A stretch of DNA of 64,000 bases from positions 716,116 to 780,115 of the forward strand of contig CAJINV010000014.1 in the NCBI GenBank assembly GCA_905178155.1, in the 5' to 3' direction. Every line of letters starts with the position of its first letter. The stretch's first letter is position 1. Origin of the DNA: Amoebophrya sp. A120. Lineage: Eukaryota > Protista > Dinoflagellata. A model generated the notes under the pieces. It ran no database searches, had not been told where the DNA came from, and saw nothing but the letters and a program-made list of their open reading frames with translations. Below, piece by piece: positions 24,968 through 37,400 of this stretch. A program made the translations under genes and the position numbers.

Positions 24968-27900
24968 CTACCCGGTCGTGGGCGTGTGCCACTGTGTCGC
25001 CAAAGTTTTCAGATTTGCATAGTAGATTTTCTGGTTCGTTTTAGACACTCGCTTCTGCCAGTTCGGCGGCAGTCTCTTCCCTGCGCGAGAGAGCCATTGG
25101 TCCTGATCTACTCCGGCGCTTAAAGTAGTCGTCCCGGGTGCTGCCGGATGTGGGTGCGCAGCAGAAGACGAAGCAGCCGCAAGAGCTCCGGACCGGCCGG
25201 AACTACTCGTACCTGCGGTAGTATTAACAGCCGCGGAACCGCCAGCTGGTGCGCCACTTCTTGACATAATTTTCGCGTTACTGTTGATGTTCCCTGCTCC
25301 TGTGGCACCACTTCCACCCCTGCTGCTCGTTGTTGGCGCTCTACCACTTCCTCCTGCCGCAATGTTCTTCTTTTCGCTTTCCTCCAGCATTTTGACCAAC
25401 AGCCGTCGCTCTTTCTCTTCCTTCGAAGTCTCCAACGCACCCGTCACCACGTCCACGGTCGTCGCGAACCGCCCGGTATCAAATGTAAAAATGTCTGGGT
25501 CTGGAAGGATGCGAACTTGTGATGCGTGTTGCGGATCATACAAAAATCTGTGTTGCATGACTTGCAAAAGGTCCCCATTTCTAGCCATGCCGAGGGGGCA
25601 TTTGTCATGCAGAATAGGCATCACCAAGGGGCTGCAGAACCTGTGATGCTAGGCCCTGCATTCGAGACTTGGCGGAGCTTGGAAAAACTGCATGACAAAT
25701 CTCAGAATCTTCCAGACCCAGACATTTTTACATTTGATACCCGGCGTCCCACTGTGGCACCGGCGTTTCGGTGAAGTAAAAGTGCTGGAGCGCCTCCTGA
25801 GAGGTCAGCCGGAATTTCGGGTCCAGGTTGAGCATATGAACTGGAAAAATATCGTACTCGTATACTAAATGCAATACAAATTTCCTCAGCATGAGAAAAA
25901 AAAATTGTAATGCTGATTTGCCTTGGAAACAAGACTTGTAATGCAAGACTTGCATTTGTACGAGTACGACACTTTTGCACAGGATAGAGCAAGCCGCCCA
26001 GAAACTGGAACAGGGAATCTTTGATGTACAGCTGGTTCCGGACCTGCTTGCAACTGCTATCAAATGCAAATATGTCTGGGTCTGGAAGTGGTCATGCATC
26101 TTTTGCATCACACATATGCTCTGGAATGCGCGCAAGACCATTACAAGTTTGGTTCAGGTCTACTGAAAATGCCTATTCTGCATGAGAGAAACTTGCTATT
26201 GGCATAGCAAAAAGTGGACGGCTTTTGGCTTTCATGCAACACAAGTTCTTGCGTAATCCAGAGTTTGCATGACAAGTTTGGATTCTTCCAGACAGAGACA
26301 CATTTGCAATTCATAACTGCCTGTGGTAAACAAAGCCTTCAACTCCAAGGCTTCGTTATTGAAAAAAGAGTTTGGATTTGATGCTACGCCAGCAACTACC
26401 GAGGAACTAGTACCTTGTGTAGTTCTGCTATTCCGGTCAAAGGCAGAATTTCTGTTGGCGGATTTATTATTCTCCTGCTGCCCACTTCTCTGCTGCATCA
26501 ACATCATCTTATCAAGTGCAAATATGTCTGGGTCTGCTGGAAGATTCCGAGACTTGTCATGCAGATTTTCCTTGACCCATGCGGTCGGGAATGCGGGACC
26601 TAGCATGACAGACTCTGTGAGGTCTCTGTCATGCCTCTCCTGCATGAGAAATTCTCTTCCAAGTTGGTCGAAAGTGGGCAGCTTTTGGCACCCATGCAGC
26701 ACAAGTTTTTGCACGATTCGGATTTAGCATGACAAGTTGCAATCTTCCAGACCCAGACATATTTGCAATGCATACTTCGTCCGTTCGTTCAGCACGAATC
26801 GATCCTGGTGCGGCCGGGCTTTCCGCACTTGCGCCTCGAAATTCTCGAAGTTGATCTGGCGCAACAACTTCTCGTAGTCCGGCCATGAGGTTCTGGTCGG
26901 TTTCCCGAGTAAGGTTAAAATGTACGCCGACACGGTTTGCTCGGTGACGTTGTTGCCCAACGTTTGGTCGTAGAAGAACGGCTTCTTGGAAACGCCCCCC
27001 TTGAAAATTAAAATCTCCGCCAGGATGCACCCCACGCCCCAGATGTCCAGCGCGGGGCCGTATTTCTGCTCCCCGAGTAACAGCTCAATGCTCCGGTACA
27101 GAATGGTCACGATAAACTGCGGCGGCTCCAGGTTGCTGGCGAGAACCAGTTTTTTCGTGCCGTTTTGATCTTCTTCTTCCCCAAAAGCGACGCGGGAAAG
27201 ACCGAAATCACACACCTGAAAATGATGAAAAAGGTAAAAATGCTCAAAGAGCGGGCTTGCTGCCATCGATCACGACTTGTTTTACGGATGATCACATCAA
27301 TGAAATAAAGTCGTGGACCTGTACTAGTTCGTAGTTGTAATGATCGAGAAAAAATTTTGGAATCTATTTCGATATTACGTAGAGCTACAAATCAGTACCT
27401 TAATCTCCCCGCTGATGTTGAACAGAATATTTTTCGTGGCCAAATCCCGGTGCAGCATCCCGATTTGGTGCATGTAGTCCACTCCCTGCAGTACCTGTTG
27501 CATCAAGTATTTGATGTTTGCCATGGTCAGCGGGTGCTTCTTATGGATTGCAAAAATGTCTGGGTCTGGAAGAATGCAGGAGTTTGTCATTCAGATTTTG
27601 CATGGCCCAGGAGGTCTGTGATGCATGCCCTAGCACCAGAGATGTTGCGAGGGATTTCTGATGCTCATACCGCATGAGAAATGCCCTCTCCGCGTGGCAC
27701 AAATTGCGCCTCTTTTGCTGTTCATGCAATACAGATCCTATGTAGAGTCCAAAGGTAGCATCACAAGTTGCATCCTTCCAGACCCAGACATATACATATT
27801 TGCATTTGATATTTCTCGGACTGTAGCAACTGCGTCAAGGACGCGTGACAATATTCCAGCACGATCACGGGGTCGCCTTTGCTGGTAACGGCCAATTCGA

Positions 27901-29424
27901 TCAGTTTCACGATGGAATCGCACTTTTCCAGCAGCCGCAACGTGTGCACCTCGCGCAGGAACGCCAGGTGCACGCCCCCCTCCTCGTCGGACATTTTTGT
28001 GGTTACCTTAGCGGCGACAATCTGCCCCGTCTGCTTGTTTTATCCAGGAAAAAACATCCACTCCCATCCATTTTTTGCATGACAAACAGTGGACTTTATG
28101 CATGTTTTGCATGACAAATTGGCTAGGGATGGGTGTTTTCATGTGAGTATGTTTTTCGCCTTATACACCTTGCCGTAGGCCCCCTGCCCGATGGGCTGGA
28201 TGGTTTTCTCGTCGCTTTTGCGGGGCAGTTTCTCGTATTTGTGGTCCCAGTGGGGGAGTTTCCGCGAAAACTGGTATTTGGGGTCGCTGAGATGAACCGT
28301 GAGCCGGGAGGTGTGCAGAAGCCCTGCTCGATTATTGCCTGCGTTCTTGTTGCCCCCGCTCAGATTGTTCAAATTTATTGTTCCGCGTTGTCTAGAAGTA
28401 CTAGACGCGGCTGACGAAGAAGAGGAGGCGGCATTTATTTTGGATACTGGTGGTCCGGCACCCGCATCGCACCTACCTTGAGCAATAATTGAAGTGCCAG
28501 AAGTTCTCTGTTCTACCTCCTTCAATCTACGCAGAGTCACATCGGTTGGGCGCCGGTACAGGTAATACCGGTGCTTGTCGAGCCATTTTTCGTGCTGGAG
28601 GTTCAAATCGACATTGGTATGATCTTATGAATTGCAAAAGTGTCTGGGTCTGGAATGTCATGCTGAGTCTGGATGATGCAAAAATTTGTGTTGCATGATT
28701 ACCAAAAGATGTCAGCTTTTGACCAGGTTGACAGGTAGTTTCTCATGCAGGATAGGCATGATAGACATCTCACAGCATCTCTCATGCTAGGTGCTGCATG
28801 CCAGGCCTCATGGGTCATGGAAAACCTGCATCACAAATCTTGCATTCTTCCAGACCCAGACATTTTTACATTTGATAGATCTCCGCCGGATGTCGAGGTC
28901 GTCGGGGGAAGATCGTCTACGAACTCCAGCTCGGGACCGCTGCTGCTGCTTGCGGCGGTTTTGTCTCCGCGGATTCTTGCAAGCTTGCCGTCTTGACCTT
29001 CCTGTCGTGATCTTGACCTTCTTGATGATGCCCCCGCTTCAATATTGCGCTCCTTCTTCGAGGGCTTGCTTCTGTCGGTCGTGCCAAAATTTGTCGCAGC
29101 CTGCTTGAGACGTCGAGAAGAGGAACTGTCCTGGGAGGAGAGAGATCGGGATCTCTTCCTTGTCCCGTGTCGCCGGCCAATGACATCTTGATCTTCACCC
29201 ACGACCGGCGGTCTCGCTGCATTTTTCCTGCCCGTCGTTGTGCTCCCCGGCGCATCGAGAGGTGCAGCTCCGGCGCGACGAGGACCCTGCTCGTCGGGCC
29301 GGTTCTTGATCGTGCCACTGTTTGCGTTGTGTTGATTTTTGGCTGCAATTGGTGGAGGTTTTTTCTTCTCCTCCTCGGGCGTAAACATGTAACTATCCGA
29401 TGAAGATTCGTCATCTTGCTTCAT
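24968..29424 (-). CDS. CDK-like (CMGC) Ser/Thr kinase, ~889 aa, with basic/RS-like N-terminus and C-terminal WW domain; 9 exons
   Basis: Motifs IGQGAYGKVY, VAAK, GVHLAFLRE (PSTAIRE-like), HRDLATKN, DFG, VTILYRSIELLLG, DIWGVGCI, LLNLDPKFR; WW domain LPPNW...YY...TQWHTP. Removing 7 introners and 1 GT-AG intron gives 2,670 nt in frame. Confidence 0.9.
25477..25739. mobile_element. Introner family A
   Basis: Perfect ~31-bp TIR; TSD cccgg. Confidence 0.95.
25835..25986. mobile_element. Introner family B
   Basis: TSD gagca; splits kinase subdomain XI. Confidence 0.92.
26058..26315. mobile_element. Introner family A
   Basis: TSD actgc. Confidence 0.9.
26510..26774. mobile_element. Introner family A
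   Basis: TSD diverged (catct/cttcg); in frame. Confidence 0.88.
27216..27398 (-). other. Canonical GT-AG intron in the kinase gene
   Basis: AAG|GTACTG...TTTTCAG|GTG joins GEIK|VCDFG. Confidence 0.9.
27542..27811. mobile_element. Introner family A
   Basis: TSD cttct/tttct; frame QSEK|HPL. Confidence 0.92.
28041..28149. mobile_element. Short introner (109 bp)
   Basis: TSD tgttt; frame KAKN|KQTG. Confidence 0.85.
28626..28877. mobile_element. Introner family A
   Basis: TSD gatct; frame GGD|HTNV. Confidence 0.92.
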
Positions 29425-30324
29425 CGGTAAAAAAGCGCAAGAAGGGATGATGAAATTGAAAGCGCTTTACTCAGTACGTACTTTTATCTTATCGATCCGA
29501 TGAGGTCAGGTGCGGAGACAACTACAGATGAAATAAACAACCACTATTTCTCAGTCTTCTAAGCAGCGAAGGCCAAGGAATTTTGTAAGATTTTGAAAAA
29601 AAGTTTATCGAGCTTGTTCTCAGGAAAATGAGTTCTTGCCGCTCGCGCTACGAATAAAAAAAAAACGCGTATAGTCTTTATTCATTTTCATTCATTTTCG
29701 TTGGACCGCTGAAATAAGGAGTAGTCGGATTTCATAGAGTAAAACACGTCTTGCAGGAGCAAAGATGATGGAAACGAAACAAGGTTGTAGGATCTCTGCT
29801 TGTATCAGGAAAAGCTGATCATGGATCTTGATCGTGTGGCTCCTGTGGTGCTCGATACATAAGTACTACTGCACCACTTTGCGCTGCAGCAGCAGCTGCA
29901 AGGACGTTATCGTTATATGCTCCTTGCGAAAATTACTTCCACCTCAAGTCGTCGTGGGAATCATGTTGGAAACTACCATCCTTGCAAATGTTCAGGATCG
30001 CATGGGCATGGCCCTACTGGTTTCAGCTGAAGGACAAGGAGCTTGTGTTTGCAACAGCACAATAATTCTCCCCACTCGCGGAGGTGCAGGGGCTGCTAGA
30101 GGAACAGGAAGCTTGCAGGTACAGCAAGTGGCACCACTGCGTGTCGTAATTATTTACGCGGCTACAGTTTCAGCTGAGTGTCATCTTCTCCTCGCGCTTT
30201 TCATCACTTTGAGCTGAATATTATAGAGCAACCATATGGTCGCGGGCGTTCTCTTTAGTACGTGTAGAAAAAATTCTTATGATTCCGCTTATTTGTTTCA
30301 TCATTGCAGCAGTGCCTGCACAAT

Positions 30325-32420
30325 TCAATTCACAGCACCACCGCCTCCACCACTACTGACGTTGTGGAACCGTTCTTCGATGAATTGGTGGACTTCCGAC
30401 GTGGCTTTGCGAATTTTGTGTATTGCCGAAACCGCCACCGGGTCTTCCAAACTGGCGTCCACATGCAAAAGGGGTCTGCCTTTAATGTTGTTGCTTGTTT
30501 CGACGGTTGTACTAGAGGCAGTTCCTCCTGCTGATGTTGTCATTTTTTTACCACTACTCGCCGAAGCTACACCAGGAGTTGCTGTAGCCAAAGCTCCACT
30601 TGTAATTTCATTTTTCCCCCCGCGACTGGTAAAATTCATCGGCGGCCCTGGTCCGGAACCGCCGAATGATGTTGAAAAGGCTCCACTTTTCAAATTGTAG
30701 TTCGAAGTAGTAGAAGATGACCTAGACGAGGACGAAAATAAAGGTCGTCTACTATTTGGCGCAAATTTATTCTGTTGCTGCTGTTGCTGCACCAGATTCA
30801 ATCTGGTCGTGGTACTCGAGGTCTTAATATTCCTGTCTGAAGTAGTAGCCGAGTTGTAGTAATATCCTTTCGCTCTCATCGGCGAAGTGGGTCGGCTCGA
30901 AGAGGAGGAGGAGCTGGATTGATGTTGTCCTGAGAGAAGTGGATATTGCGATCCTGAAGATCCATACGCTCTCGCAGTATTTTTATGTGCCGATCGCGGA
31001 TTCATCCCAGCTGCAGCTCCTCCTTTTACGTTGCTATACCGCTCGGATGAAGATGATGAAGCGGTGCCACCATTGATGGTATTACCGCCTTGCTTATCCA
31101 AGAAGCTGGCTGCACTGGTGTCTCGTCCTGTGCCTCCGTGCGAGAACGGGACGGCACCGCCACGCATTCTGGAGGAGGACGATGTTTGTCCCAAGGAGGT
31201 ATTTTTGCTTGTCGCGAGGGCTTTATTGTTCTGGTCGCGGTTTGTTCCCGTCGAAAAATTTTTCGGATTGGCCGCGTGGTGCCGCCACTGCTGACTGCGG
31301 AGGACGACTGTAGTTAAAATTGAAAGGTGGTTTAGCAAGATCTTTACGTTCTTGCACACAGTGCTGTGATTCCAGGTCTTCTTAAGTTAGTCAAAATTCT
31401 TCCCATAATCGACATGTGATGTTAATGTCATACATCACTTGCTGCAAAAAGAATTATACCATCCCACAGTCGGTCTTCTGCCTCTTCGTAAAACGCCTCT
31501 TTTTCCCTGCTCGGCAAGTAAAGATTTTTCGCTTCACTGACGCTGGAGGTACCGTTTCCGTAAAGTGCGTGCTCGACGAATTTATGCATTGCAAATATGT
31601 CTGGGTCTGGAAAAATGCCAGGTTTGTCATGCTCTGCTAGCATGACTGTCAAGTCTGTCATGCAAGGTACCCAAAAGCGCCACTTTTGTGTCATGCAAAA
31701 ACCCAGTTTCTCATGCAGAATAGGCAACACCTAGCGACTCAAAAACCTGTCATGCTGAGCCGTCATTTCTGGCGTTCTCTTGATTCGCCAACCAGCATCA
31801 CAAGTTTCCAGACCCAGACATATTTGCATTTCATAGAATTGGGTGTACAGCCAACTTTTCAAACGCAACTCTTGTTGCACTTGCCGCCAAACGGTGCAAT
31901 GGAGAGCGGAAAGTAGTAGTACTATGGTATCTTCATTCAATGCATTTGCATTTGGACCGTACTAGGGCTTCGAAAGCGAAACAAATGATCTGATAATGCC
32001 ACATCCAGACTACATGAAGGAACACATCATGAAGAATGATTTCCAGCCCGTGCCAGTTATGCATGCGATATTACTGTAGCTGTACTACTTCTTACTTTCC
32101 AAGTCATAACCTTGGTTCCGTCGCAGCTGCGTCGCGATTTTTCGGTCGGTCGTTTGTTTTTTGCTGGTCAGCACGGACTGCGCGTGGTGCTGCAAAGCGG
32201 TGGCGAGGAGGATCTCCTCGATCTCGTCGAGAATGTGGTTCGCGGGGGGAAGTTGAGATCTCAGGTCGGACGCAGTTTGGAGATCGGTCATCGCCATGGC
32301 GATCTCCTTCACAGCATGTATTCGAGAAAAGACCACGAGCGGCACGACATATAATTGACTCTCCTTCTCTTGCGCTTCTACTGGCAGCGTCGAAACAGAA
32401 AGGAAGCCTCTGTCAAACAA
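30325..32420 (-). CDS. Uncharacterised multi-exon protein; both ends uncertain
   Basis: ORFs 32085-32420, 31731-31940, 31428-31730 and 30325-31359. Introner 31583-31835 joins in frame (YTQF|VEHAL); GT-AG intron at 31381-31433. Confidence 0.5.
31381..31433 (-). other. 53-nt canonical GT-AG intron with branch-point-like TGACTAAC
   Basis: GAT|GTATGA...TGACTAACTTAAG|AAG, in frame. Confidence 0.65.
31583..31835. mobile_element. Introner family A
   Basis: TSD gaatt. Confidence 0.92.
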
Positions 32421-33129
32421 GAGCGGCGATGTTGCTTCATGGATACTGATTCATGATCCACATGATCTTTACTTGTAGCTTCGATCACGTGTTCTCGTCG
32501 TCCAAAAACTTACGACTACTCTCACTCTCTTCTAGCATACTCCTGATAATCATAAGTAATTGTCGTACTTATTCTTCCACTCATGGTCATGCTGCGGTAC
32601 GGCATTGGCACGAACAAAAACTACTGACACAAGAGCACATGACGGATGCAACACATTCCATGAGTCATCATGAGTAGCACTAGCAGCTCGTAACGCTCTG
32701 GAGATTAGTATAAGTTTCAGTTGACCTTCACCACCCAGTACAGTTTTTCGCTACTTGCAGAGAAGGGTTTAATCGTTCTGCCCTTAGCGGCGTCGTTGGT
32801 GTCTTGCAAAGCAAAACCAAAATTTTGATCTAGTACTTTTTACCTACGCACAAGCTGCCCAGCGGTCGGAAGGGAGACAAGAACCGATGTCCTCTCTTCG
32901 GCAATCTGATTCTGAGCTCCTTATCCCTAAGGAGGAAACCATCGAAAGCAAAACTTAACTTGTCCTGTACCTGTTCTCCTTCAAATAGTTTCGCAACACA
33001 TATTCACAATTCAATCTAGAAACCTTGGAGTTTGAAGTACGCAGCAGGAAGCGCATACATTTTTACTCGGGCGGTGCACGTGGACAATCAATCTGGATTC
33101 CTGTACCGAAACAACAAAACGAAGAATCT

Positions 33130-33426
33130 CTAAAGAGTGCTTCCTTGGGGGTACACCGCTTTGCTCTGCACGGTCTCGTCGTTGACCTCCTGGGCAGGCC
33201 CGTAAATCATCAACCGTTGCTCCGGCGTGAGCACCGCCCGTCGGACCACCAACCTCTCGGCCTCGGCGGCGTGCTTTATCGCCTGCGCCAGGTCTCCGGT
33301 CTGGGGGACGTTGCGACTGGTGTGGTGCGCGTTTGCCAGGTGCACATTGGCCTGGTGAAAGTGCTCCCAGGCTTCCGAAAGTGGATCGGTGCGGGCCAGA
33401 ATCTTACCAACCCCACCGGCACCCAT
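33130..33426 (-). CDS. Small intronless hypothetical protein (98 aa)
   Basis: ATG-to-stop ORF with GC3-rich codons, flanked by AT-rich sequence; same strand as neighbours. Confidence 0.55.
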   Translation of the reverse strand: MGAGGVGKILARTDPLSEAWEHFHQANVHLANAHHTSRNVPQTGDLAQAIKHAAEAERLVVRRAVLTPEQRLMIYGPAQEVNDETVQSKAVYPQGSTL

Positions 33427-34412
33427 GATTTTACAGTTAGTTTTTAGGTTTCGTTTTCAATTTATCGTTTTTTCTCAGCTGTTCTTCTTCTTTCTCATTT
33501 TTTCGCTAATCCGTGAAATGTATATGCGTGGAGAAGATGGAAGCGAGCGGTTCAGAATCTTCATACTCAAGAGAGTTTCCCACACTTTCTTATACAAACA
33601 TAGAAAGTAGTTGCCGTCGACGAGAAAAGTAGTTTACAAATGTCGCTCACTGTCCCGCTTCAGGTACGACTCCACCCTCAGAAACATTTTCGTCTGAGCG
33701 ACTTGTGGCCCAGATTCCTCCGCTTCTGTTTTTCGATCATTGACGAATTTTCTCATACTAGAGCTAGTCCTAGAGATGCGAACTCTTGAAGTAGTAGGTT
33801 TTTTAGCGAGGCCGTCGAGTTGGACTTCTCTCAATCGATGCGACCGAGTCTTTCTTTTGTCCACCCGATGCGTCGTTTTATCGACATCAAGGTCAAAACA
33901 CTGTTTCGCTGCGAGGTAGCGCGACGTCTAGAAGATGACCAACTCCTACCCAAGACATTGGGTAGAAGAACAAGAGGCACGACCCCCTGGTTTAGTATTC
34001 GCTTGGGATCTTTATCACAACTGGTTCCTGTTTGTGGGACGACATTTTTTGGGTTTCATCAGTCGTCTCTTCCTGTTCATCATTGCGACAATTTTGACGC
34101 GCCCGCGCGTACCAGCTGCGACGGGGCCGCATAAGATGCCCAGCAGCAAAATGCCAATGCACACAGCAAAAATGCGGACACGTTCCTGGTCGCTGTAAAA
34201 AATCGATCATGTGTTTGATTGACATAAAAATCAATCCGGGTTATTTGTGACAATAATCAAAAAAGTGCCTCTTTCAATGATTTTGGTAAAATTTGTCAGA
34301 CTAATTTACGCAGTCGCTCTCATAAATATTGACGCTCTTTTTTGCCTTCAACATCAAAATCCAAAGCCGTTCATCTTCATCATGATCGCGGGTACTTAGT
34401 TAAGCAGTTTTT

Positions 34413-37400
34413 TTAGATATTCCCCCCCACTACAGCTCCCGCCGTCACTGCCGTGCTGGTTGCGTGATTTATTCCGGGATCCAAAAGCATTGCCACCTGC
34501 TCCTTGGTGTGCGTGGTGATGTTCAGCGCCTGGATTCCGTCGTACAAGAATGCGTACGCGTCCGAGATTTTCCCGCACACGTTACGTCGCGACTGCTCGC
34601 GAATTTGCCGGTTGCTGATCTTTTCCACGTGCTGGAGGGACAGGGTCTTCAGCGTGAACAAAGACGTGTAGAACGTCCGGAGCACCGAGGACAGTCCCAC
34701 GGGGTGTAGCTCTGGGATGGCTTGGAGTTGCTGCAACGTTGGGGGCGGGGTAGTCAACGAAGATGCCGGTGTCGAACCACCAGTAGTCTGCGAGCTGTCT
34801 TTCGACGACGATGTCGTGGTAGCAGCAGCAGTACCTGGTCCTGTGGAAGTGCTGGCCCCCCACACCTTTCGCAGCGCTTCCACTTTTTCCAGCAAATTCA
34901 GCTTCTGCAGGACCTCTTCGGCCTGGAAATTGTCCAGGTACTCGATTTGCTCGAGGAGCAGGTGGTTGTACATTTCTACGCGTTCGGTGGCGAATTATCA
35001 AAATGAAAAATCCCCCCACGCCATATTCAAATTGGAAATTTGCGATGCTGATTTGTGACCACAAATCATGTTGTCATGCTAGAAGGGAAAAGATGCAGAC
35101 TGTAGGGCTGGCTGGCGTAAGAAGGCCCTGCATCTTCAGCATGACAGGAGGCAACTGGAAGTGGGAAACAGCATGACAAATTGCCTGCAATTAAGGCCGC
35201 AAGTGCGTCCCTTGGCCTTCTAGCAATACAACGCGATTTGTGTAAGCAAATCCAGCATCACAAATTTCCTGCACGATATGGCGAGGGGGGATTTTTCCTC
35301 ACGATACGAATCTGGTCCGTTTCAACGGCTCGGTCATCAACGACAGGCAGTTGATCAGGAAAACCGCGCGGTCACACGCATCGTTGGAAAACATTTGCCT
35401 GTTTTGTATGTGTTGACAAGGGGGGGAAATTAGAGCAGTGCTGGAAATATCGTGAAGAGGGGGCTCTTTCAAAGGGGCCACAAGAAATGCTTCTTGATAG
35501 GTCGTCTAAACCAGCTGAACTTTAAGTGACTCCACTGGACGAGGTACTGCACACTCAAGCTCAACATTGCAACATCAACAACATTTTTGGCAGAAACAAA
35601 TTGTAAATAACAGCACCGGCAATAATTGAGCAACGGGTCGTAGGCGGCGCAGACCACGGGCTGAAAATCCTCCTCGCTCTCCACGTCGGCGACAATTTCC
35701 TCCATTAGCCGCACCGTGTCCAGCACAAACAATGGTGCTGACAAATCGTCGAGGATCGCGTACCGACTCCGCGAAGAGCTAGAAGAAGAAGACGATCCTC
35801 CTCCCGGCATGGTCGAGGGGCCGGTAGAAGAAGTTCCCTGGATGTTGTTGCCCGCTACCCCAGTCGTGCCCGTTGTTCCACCGAGGCCGCTACTAGACCC
35901 GCCCCCGATCATGGGGTTCGACGGGGGGAGGAGGGCTGAAGCGTTCCCAGAAGAGGAAGTAGTCGTGAATTCCTCGCGCATCATATGGAAAGAAAAAAGT
36001 TTGTCACAGTCACTAACGTGCAGGTTTTGCATGAGAAATTTTTCCAGCATCACAGGTTTTTCTTGTATTGCAGAAACACTAGGGAAATCACTTATGAAGT
36101 TTGGCTGTGATGCATTTTTACGCATGACAGACAGTTTTGTATTGCAAAAATGCGCATGAGTGATCGCGACGAACTTTTTTTGTTTGATACATCAGCTGGG
36201 AATTGCGATCGCAGACTTCGAGAAACTTCCCCATCATGCGCTGCTGGAACATCGACAAGAGCTTGACGAGCCGGTTGTCCTTATGCAGGAGGTGGAATTG
36301 TTCCTTTCTCGACGAAGATGCATTTGATGTTGCATGATAAGTTCTATCCTTTTTCTGTTGCGGCTCGCACAGTTGGGACTTGAAGTAGCTCATGAGGCGG
36401 GAAATCTTGTAGTAGTTCAGCAGCGGAAGTTCGTATTCGTTGGAGAGCAGGGACTCTATCCGCTGCTTGAAGCTGTCCAGGAGCCCCTCGAGCACGAAGT
36501 CGTATCCTGAGTAAAAATGTCCCCACACCAGAGTTGTCATGCAAATGCGCACTGAGAGGAACATTTGTAATGCGCGTCTCCAGGAGAGGCATTTCCAATC
36601 GTGTTTTGTGCTTTGTCGTGCTGTAGGCTGGATGGGAAGCTGGGTTTCTCATCCGGCTTCCCTTGCTAACCAGCACTACACTGCAGATGGAAGCTTGTCA
36701 TGCGAAGCTCCCAAAACTTGGAGATTTGTGTTGCAGATTTACCAACTTGACTTGCTGGGGACGTTTTTACACAGGATAAGTCGAGGATGCTGTTCAAGTC
36801 CGCCAGTAGCCCGTCGTCGTTCTGAACCGCTTCGTTGTAGTTGACGATGCTAGAAAGCACCTCCGCGCGGCTGTGCAGGTCGAAATCTGGGTTGTTGGCA
36901 GTCGAGGCCACATCCGTTGCGGAGTTGTTGTCCTTTAAAAAATTCTGGTGCAACTGCGTGATCTTCTGTCGCGGCTTGATGGACATACCTGTGATACAGT
37001 CAGTTTTAATGCCGGCATTTTTGACCTCTCTTGCACTGCTTGTATAGTATACTTTGCTTTCAGTTTTTTCTACTTTTAGTTTACATTCACTTTCATCACA
37101 CGACGAGATGACACCAGAAATAGATTTTACCTAAAAACGTGGTCAGTGCCTCCTTTTCGGTGGCAACATTTTCGTGGATCCAGGCTAGGATGTCCCCGAC
37201 ATACCGCACGGGATCGTACGTTTTGCACATCTCGATCGGGCGACTGTGCCCGTCCCCGCGGGAAAGTGCCTCGTGGAACCGGGCATTGAGCAGCTGCTTG
37301 CGCATTTTGGCGATGTCGCGCAGACAGTGGTTGAAGTAGACCGGGCGGTCCTTCAGGTACTGCAGCGACTTCTATGACAGTGCACAACTCCCCCTCCCCC

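Noticed and set aside
25477-25739. TA at element ends read as a Tc1/mariner TA TSD or a ciliate TA-IES boundary
   Set aside because: A separate 5-bp duplication lies outside the TA, and removing element + 5 nt is the rule that consistently restores frames.
33634-34234. Possible small minus-strand gene between the 98-aa ORF and COG6
   Set aside because: Short ORFs with no recognisable motif and no resolvable splice model.
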